Assembly (NCBI GenBank): GCA_964658025.1
Contig: CAZZXB010000002.1
Coordinates: 1 to 20,053 of the forward strand
Origin: an uncultured Janthinobacterium sp.
GTDB taxonomy: Bacteria; Vulcanimicrobiota; Vulcanimicrobiia; Vulcanimicrobiales; Vulcanimicrobiaceae
Reading direction: 5' to 3'
DNA length: 20,053 bases
Shown in pieces: positions 17,089 through 20,053 of the stretch (positions within the stretch are counted from its first letter, which is position 1; each line of letters starts with the position of its first letter). A program made the position numbers and the translations under genes. The notes under the pieces were generated by a model. That model ran no database searches and had not been told where the DNA came from. It was given only the letters and a program-made list of their open reading frames with translations.

Positions 17089-19176
17089 ATGACGCCCGAA
17101 ACCGCACCGCCGCCGCTCCACCCGCTCGACGCGTCGATCGCCGAACCGCCACGCGCGGAGCATCGACCGCATCGGTTCGAAATCCACGGGCGCGCGTTCG
17201 AGGATCCCTTCGCGTGGTTGCGCGAGCGTGACGACCCGGCGGTCCGGACGCACCTCGATGCCGAGAACGCCTACGCCGAGGCCGTCCTCGCGCCGACGCT
17301 CCCGACGCAGCGCGCGCTCTACGACGAGATGCTCTCGCACATCAAAGAGACCGATCTCAGCGTGCCGTATCGGCGCGGTTCGTATTGGTACTACGCGCGC
17401 ACCGAAGCCGGCAAGCAGTATCCGATCTACGCGCGCAAGCGCGGCACGCTCGACGCGCCCGAGGAGATCACGCTCGATCTCAACGTCCTCGCCGAAGGAT
17501 TGGCGTACCTCGGTATCGGCGATTACGTCGTGAGCGACGACGAGCATCTCCTCGCCTACTCCGTCGACACGACGGGCTATCGGCAATACGTCCTGCACGT
17601 CAAGGATTTGCGCACGGGCGCGTTGTCGCGCGAGGCGATCCCGCGCGTCACCTCCGTCGCCTGGTCCGCCGATTCCCGGACGCTCTTCTACGTCAGCGAG
17701 GACGAGACGAGCAAACGCAGCGATCGTTTCTGGCGTCACGCGCTCGGCGCCGCGTCGTCGGAACTCGTGTACGAAGAAGCCGACGAGCGCTACGATCTGT
17801 GGGCCGCGCGCACGAACGACCGCGCGTACGTCCTCTTCGGCGCGCATTCCAAAGCCACGACCGAATGGTGGGCGCTACGTGCGGACGATCCCGCGGGCGC
17901 GCCGTTCGTGATCGCGCCGCGCCGCGACGGACACCGTTATTCACCCGAACACCGCGGCGCGTCGTTCTACATCGTGACGAACGACGTCGCGATCGAGAAT
18001 CGGATCGTCGTCGCCCCCGACGACGCGCCGGGCGAGGCGAATTGGCGCGAGCTCGTCCCCGAGCGCGACGGCGTCCACGTTTCCGATCTCGACGTGTTCG
18101 CCACGTTCGCGATCGTCCGAGGCCGCCGCGACGGCTACGAATCGCTCGAGGTGCTCGATCTCGAAACGGGCGCGCTCCGCGAGGTCGCGCTCCCCGAAGC
18201 CGTGCACGACGTGGGCTCGCAGCCGAATCCCGAATTCGCCGCGACGACCTATCGTTTCGCGTACAGCTCGCTCGTCACGCCGAATTCCGTTTTCGAACTC
18301 GATCCCGTCTCGGGCGCACGCACGCTCTTGAAGGAGACCGAGGTCCCGCACTACGATCGCGCGCGCTACGCGAGCGACGTGCGGTACGCGACCGCGCCCG
18401 ACGGAACGCGCATCCCGATCTCGCTCGTCGCGCGCCGCGACGTGCCGCGCGACGGATCGGCGCCGCTCTTGCTCTACGGCTACGGCTCCTACGGCCATCC
18501 CATCGATCCCACGTTCAGCCCCGCGCGCCTCGCGCTGCTCGATCGCGGCGTGACCTTCGCGATCGCGCACGTGCGCGGCGGCGGCGAGCTCGGCGAACGT
18601 TGGCGCACCGCGGGTCACCTGCAAGCCAAACGCACGACGTTCGACGATTTCGTGACGTGCGCCGAATTCTTGATCGCGGAACGATACACGAACGCGTCGC
18701 GGCTCGCGATACAAGGCGGGAGCGCGGGCGGTCTGCTCGTCGCGGCGGTCACGAACATGCGGCCCGATCTCTTCCGCGCGGTCGTCGCGCAAGTGCCGTT
18801 CGTCGACGTGCTCAACACGATGCTCGACGCCTCGCTCCCGCTCACGACCGCGGAATATCTCGAATGGGGCGATCCGAACGTCGCGGACGACTTCGCCTAC
18901 ATGGCGACGTACTCGCCGTACGACAACGTCCCGAACGCCGCGTTTCCCGCGATGCTCGTCCGCGTCTCGTACTACGATAGTCAGGTTCCGTTTTGGGAAG
19001 GCGCGAAGCTCGTCGCGCGCATCCGCGCGCACGATCGCGGCGACGGGCCGATCTTACTGCTGACGAACTTCGGCGCGGGTCACGGCGGCGCGTCCGGCCG
19101 TTACGACTACCTCCGCGAACAAGCCCTCAACTACGCATTCGTCCTCGCCGAAATCGCGAGCGACGCGGCCGGCTAA
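17089..19176 (+). CDS. ptrB: S9A family oligopeptidase B (protease II)
   Basis: DPFAWLR, YGYGSYG, HVRGGGELG, GGSAGGLL (Ser), VPFVDV, PLTTAEYLEWGDP, DSQVPFWE (Asp) and GHGGASGRY (His) motifs. Confidence 0.9.
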   Translation: MTPETAPPPLHPLDASIAEPPRAEHRPHRFEIHGRAFEDPFAWLRERDDPAVRTHLDAENAYAEAVLAPTLPTQRALYDEMLSHIKETDLSVPYRRGSYWYYARTEAGKQYPIYARKRGTLDAPEEITLDLNVLAEGLAYLGIGDYVVSDDEHLLAYSVDTTGYRQYVLHVKDLRTGALSREAIPRVTSVAWSADSRTLFYVSEDETSKRSDRFWRHALGAASSELVYEEADERYDLWAARTNDRAYVLFGAHSKATTEWWALRADDPAGAPFVIAPRRDGHRYSPEHRGASFYIVTNDVAIENRIVVAPDDAPGEANWRELVPERDGVHVSDLDVFATFAIVRGRRDGYESLEVLDLETGALREVALPEAVHDVGSQPNPEFAATTYRFAYSSLVTPNSVFELDPVSGARTLLKETEVPHYDRARYASDVRYATAPDGTRIPISLVARRDVPRDGSAPLLLYGYGSYGHPIDPTFSPARLALLDRGVTFAIAHVRGGGELGERWRTAGHLQAKRTTFDDFVTCAEFLIAERYTNASRLAIQGGSAGGLLVAAVTNMRPDLFRAVVAQVPFVDVLNTMLDASLPLTTAEYLEWGDPNVADDFAYMATYSPYDNVPNAAFPAMLVRVSYYDSQVPFWEGAKLVARIRAHDRGDGPILLLTNFGAGHGGASGRYDYLREQALNYAFVLAEIASDAAG

Positions 19177-19619
19177 GCCTCCTCCGCCGGCTCTTCCGCG
19201 AGGCGCTCGAGGAGTTCGACGGCGTGCCCGAGCGCCTCGCGTTCTTGCGGGGTCGTCCGTTCGGCGATCGCGCGGGCGAGCCGCGCCTCGCGACGTTCCA
19301 TCTCGCGTGCGAGGCGGCGGATCCCGTCGCGCGTGATCGCGACGATGACGCGGCGACGGTCGTTTTCGTCGACCGTCCGCTCGACGAGTCCCGCGTCCGC
19401 GAGCGACGCGACGAGTCGGGTCAACGATTGCGGGCGCAGGCGTTCGCGCTCGGCGAGCGCGCCCGTCGCGAGCGCCCCGTGACGGTGCAGCGTCCCGAGC
19501 GCGCTGAGCTCCGAGGGCGTGGGGGCGTCGACGTCGCGCGATTCGCGAAAGGAACGTTGCACGCGCGAGATCGCGCGTCGCAACGCGCGTGCGAGCGCGG
19601 GCGCGGACGGTTCGGGCAC
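19173..19619 (-). CDS. MarR family transcriptional regulator
   Basis: TPSELSALGTL..HG, LAERE..RPQSLTRLV..L...GLVER..D..DRR winged-helix motif. Confidence 0.92.
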   Translation of the reverse strand: MPEPSAPALARALRRAISRVQRSFRESRDVDAPTPSELSALGTLHRHGALATGALAERERLRPQSLTRLVASLADAGLVERTVDENDRRRVIVAITRDGIRRLAREMERREARLARAIAERTTPQEREALGHAVELLERLAEEPAEEA

Positions 19620-19622
19620 GCC

Positions 19623-19655
19623 TTGACATTATTACGCATTGCGTACTAATGTCAA
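19623..19655. promoter_or_regulatory. 33-bp palindrome: bidirectional sigma70-type promoter and probable MarR operator
   Basis: TTGACATTATTACGCATTGCGTACTAATGTCAA; 15 of 16 arm positions pair. Each strand reads TTGACA-N18-TAATGT-N6-start codon (ATG 19659 on +, GTG 19619 on -). Confidence 0.85.
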
Positions 19656-19658
19656 CCC

Positions 19659-20053
19659 ATGGACCTCTCACGATTTCGAACGACCCCGCGTCGCCGCGGA
19701 CGGCACGCGATCGCCCTCGCGCTCCTGGGTTTTGCGTTCGCCGCGGCGTGCGCGAGCGTCGCGCGCGGGCCGGCCGATGCGGCGGCGGTGAACGGGGCGA
19801 TGGCCGTCGTTCCCGCGACGTCCGGTTCGCCCGCCGTGCCCGTCTACGTCGCGCGTCCGAGCGGCGACGGGCCGTTTCCGGCCGTCCTCGTGTTACACGG
19901 ATGCGAGGGCTTCGACGGCTTCTACGCCGTCGCGGCCGATCGGCTCGCGCTCATGGGCTATCTCGCGATCGCTCCGGACGCGAACGGCATCGCCTCGCCC
20001 GACGCCTGCGGCACGCGCGGCTTCGCGCCGCGGCCCGACTGCCCCGCCTGCGG
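19659..20053 (+). CDS. Exported dienelactone hydrolase-like alpha/beta hydrolase, 3'-truncated by the window edge
   Basis: Manual translation: MDLSRFRTTPRRRGRHAIALALLGFAFAAAC...YVARPSGDGPFPAVLVLHGCEG...ADRLALMGYLAIAPD. This is a signal peptide followed by DLH-family N-terminal motifs. Absent from the track because there is no stop in the window. Confidence 0.82.
   Translation, partial: MDLSRFRTTPRRRGRHAIALALLGFAFAAACASVARGPADAAAVNGAMAVVPATSGSPAVPVYVARPSGDGPFPAVLVLHGCEGFDGFYAVAADRLALMGYLAIAPDANGIASPDACGTRGFAPRPDCPAC

Noticed and set aside
17089..19176. S9 peptidase as a post-proline maturase for the HAxP-SEIHGGAVL peptide
   Set aside because: Its motifs match oligopeptidase B, which cleaves after Arg/Lys, and the peptide contains neither. 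It is also about 8 kb away, downstream of kamA.
107..19671. Many long overlapping or antisense ORFs in the track (e.g. 6784-7911, 9858-11075, 10801-12468, 12465-13889, 17385-18980)
   Set aside because: Arg/Ala-rich shadow frames of well-supported genes, expected in high-GC DNA; no family motifs.

Overview
GC-rich bacterial chromosomal window with very CpG-rich codon usage (GCG/CGC/CTC/GTC/TCG/ACG); this style suggests Vulcanimicrobiota/Eremiobacterota, which is inference only. It is mostly metabolic genes: a partial ABM-domain protein, an NTF2-like SgcJ/EcaC protein, an NAD(P)H-binding reductase, an FAH-family hydrolase, a cytochrome P450, a DUF4267-like membrane protein, a three-gene transhydrogenase operon (pntAA-pntAB-pntB), a GNAT, an aldo/keto reductase, an aldehyde dehydrogenase, a family-5 peptide-binding lipoprotein, an Lrp-kdd-kamA lysine-catabolism cluster, oligopeptidase B, a MarR regulator and a partial dienelactone-hydrolase-like protein. 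The main find is a 41-aa ORF (9189-9314) missing from the ORF track. It has an RBS, a hydrophobic N-terminus and two copies of PSEIHGGAVL that differ only by synonymous changes. It lies directly upstream of a 470-aa all-helical TPR-like protein, an arrangement resembling RRNPP peptide/receptor signalling cassettes. Two divergent gene pairs also have palindromic, symmetric bidirectional promoters that predict leaderless mRNAs in both directions. No rRNA, tRNA, CRISPR array or mobile element was recognised.
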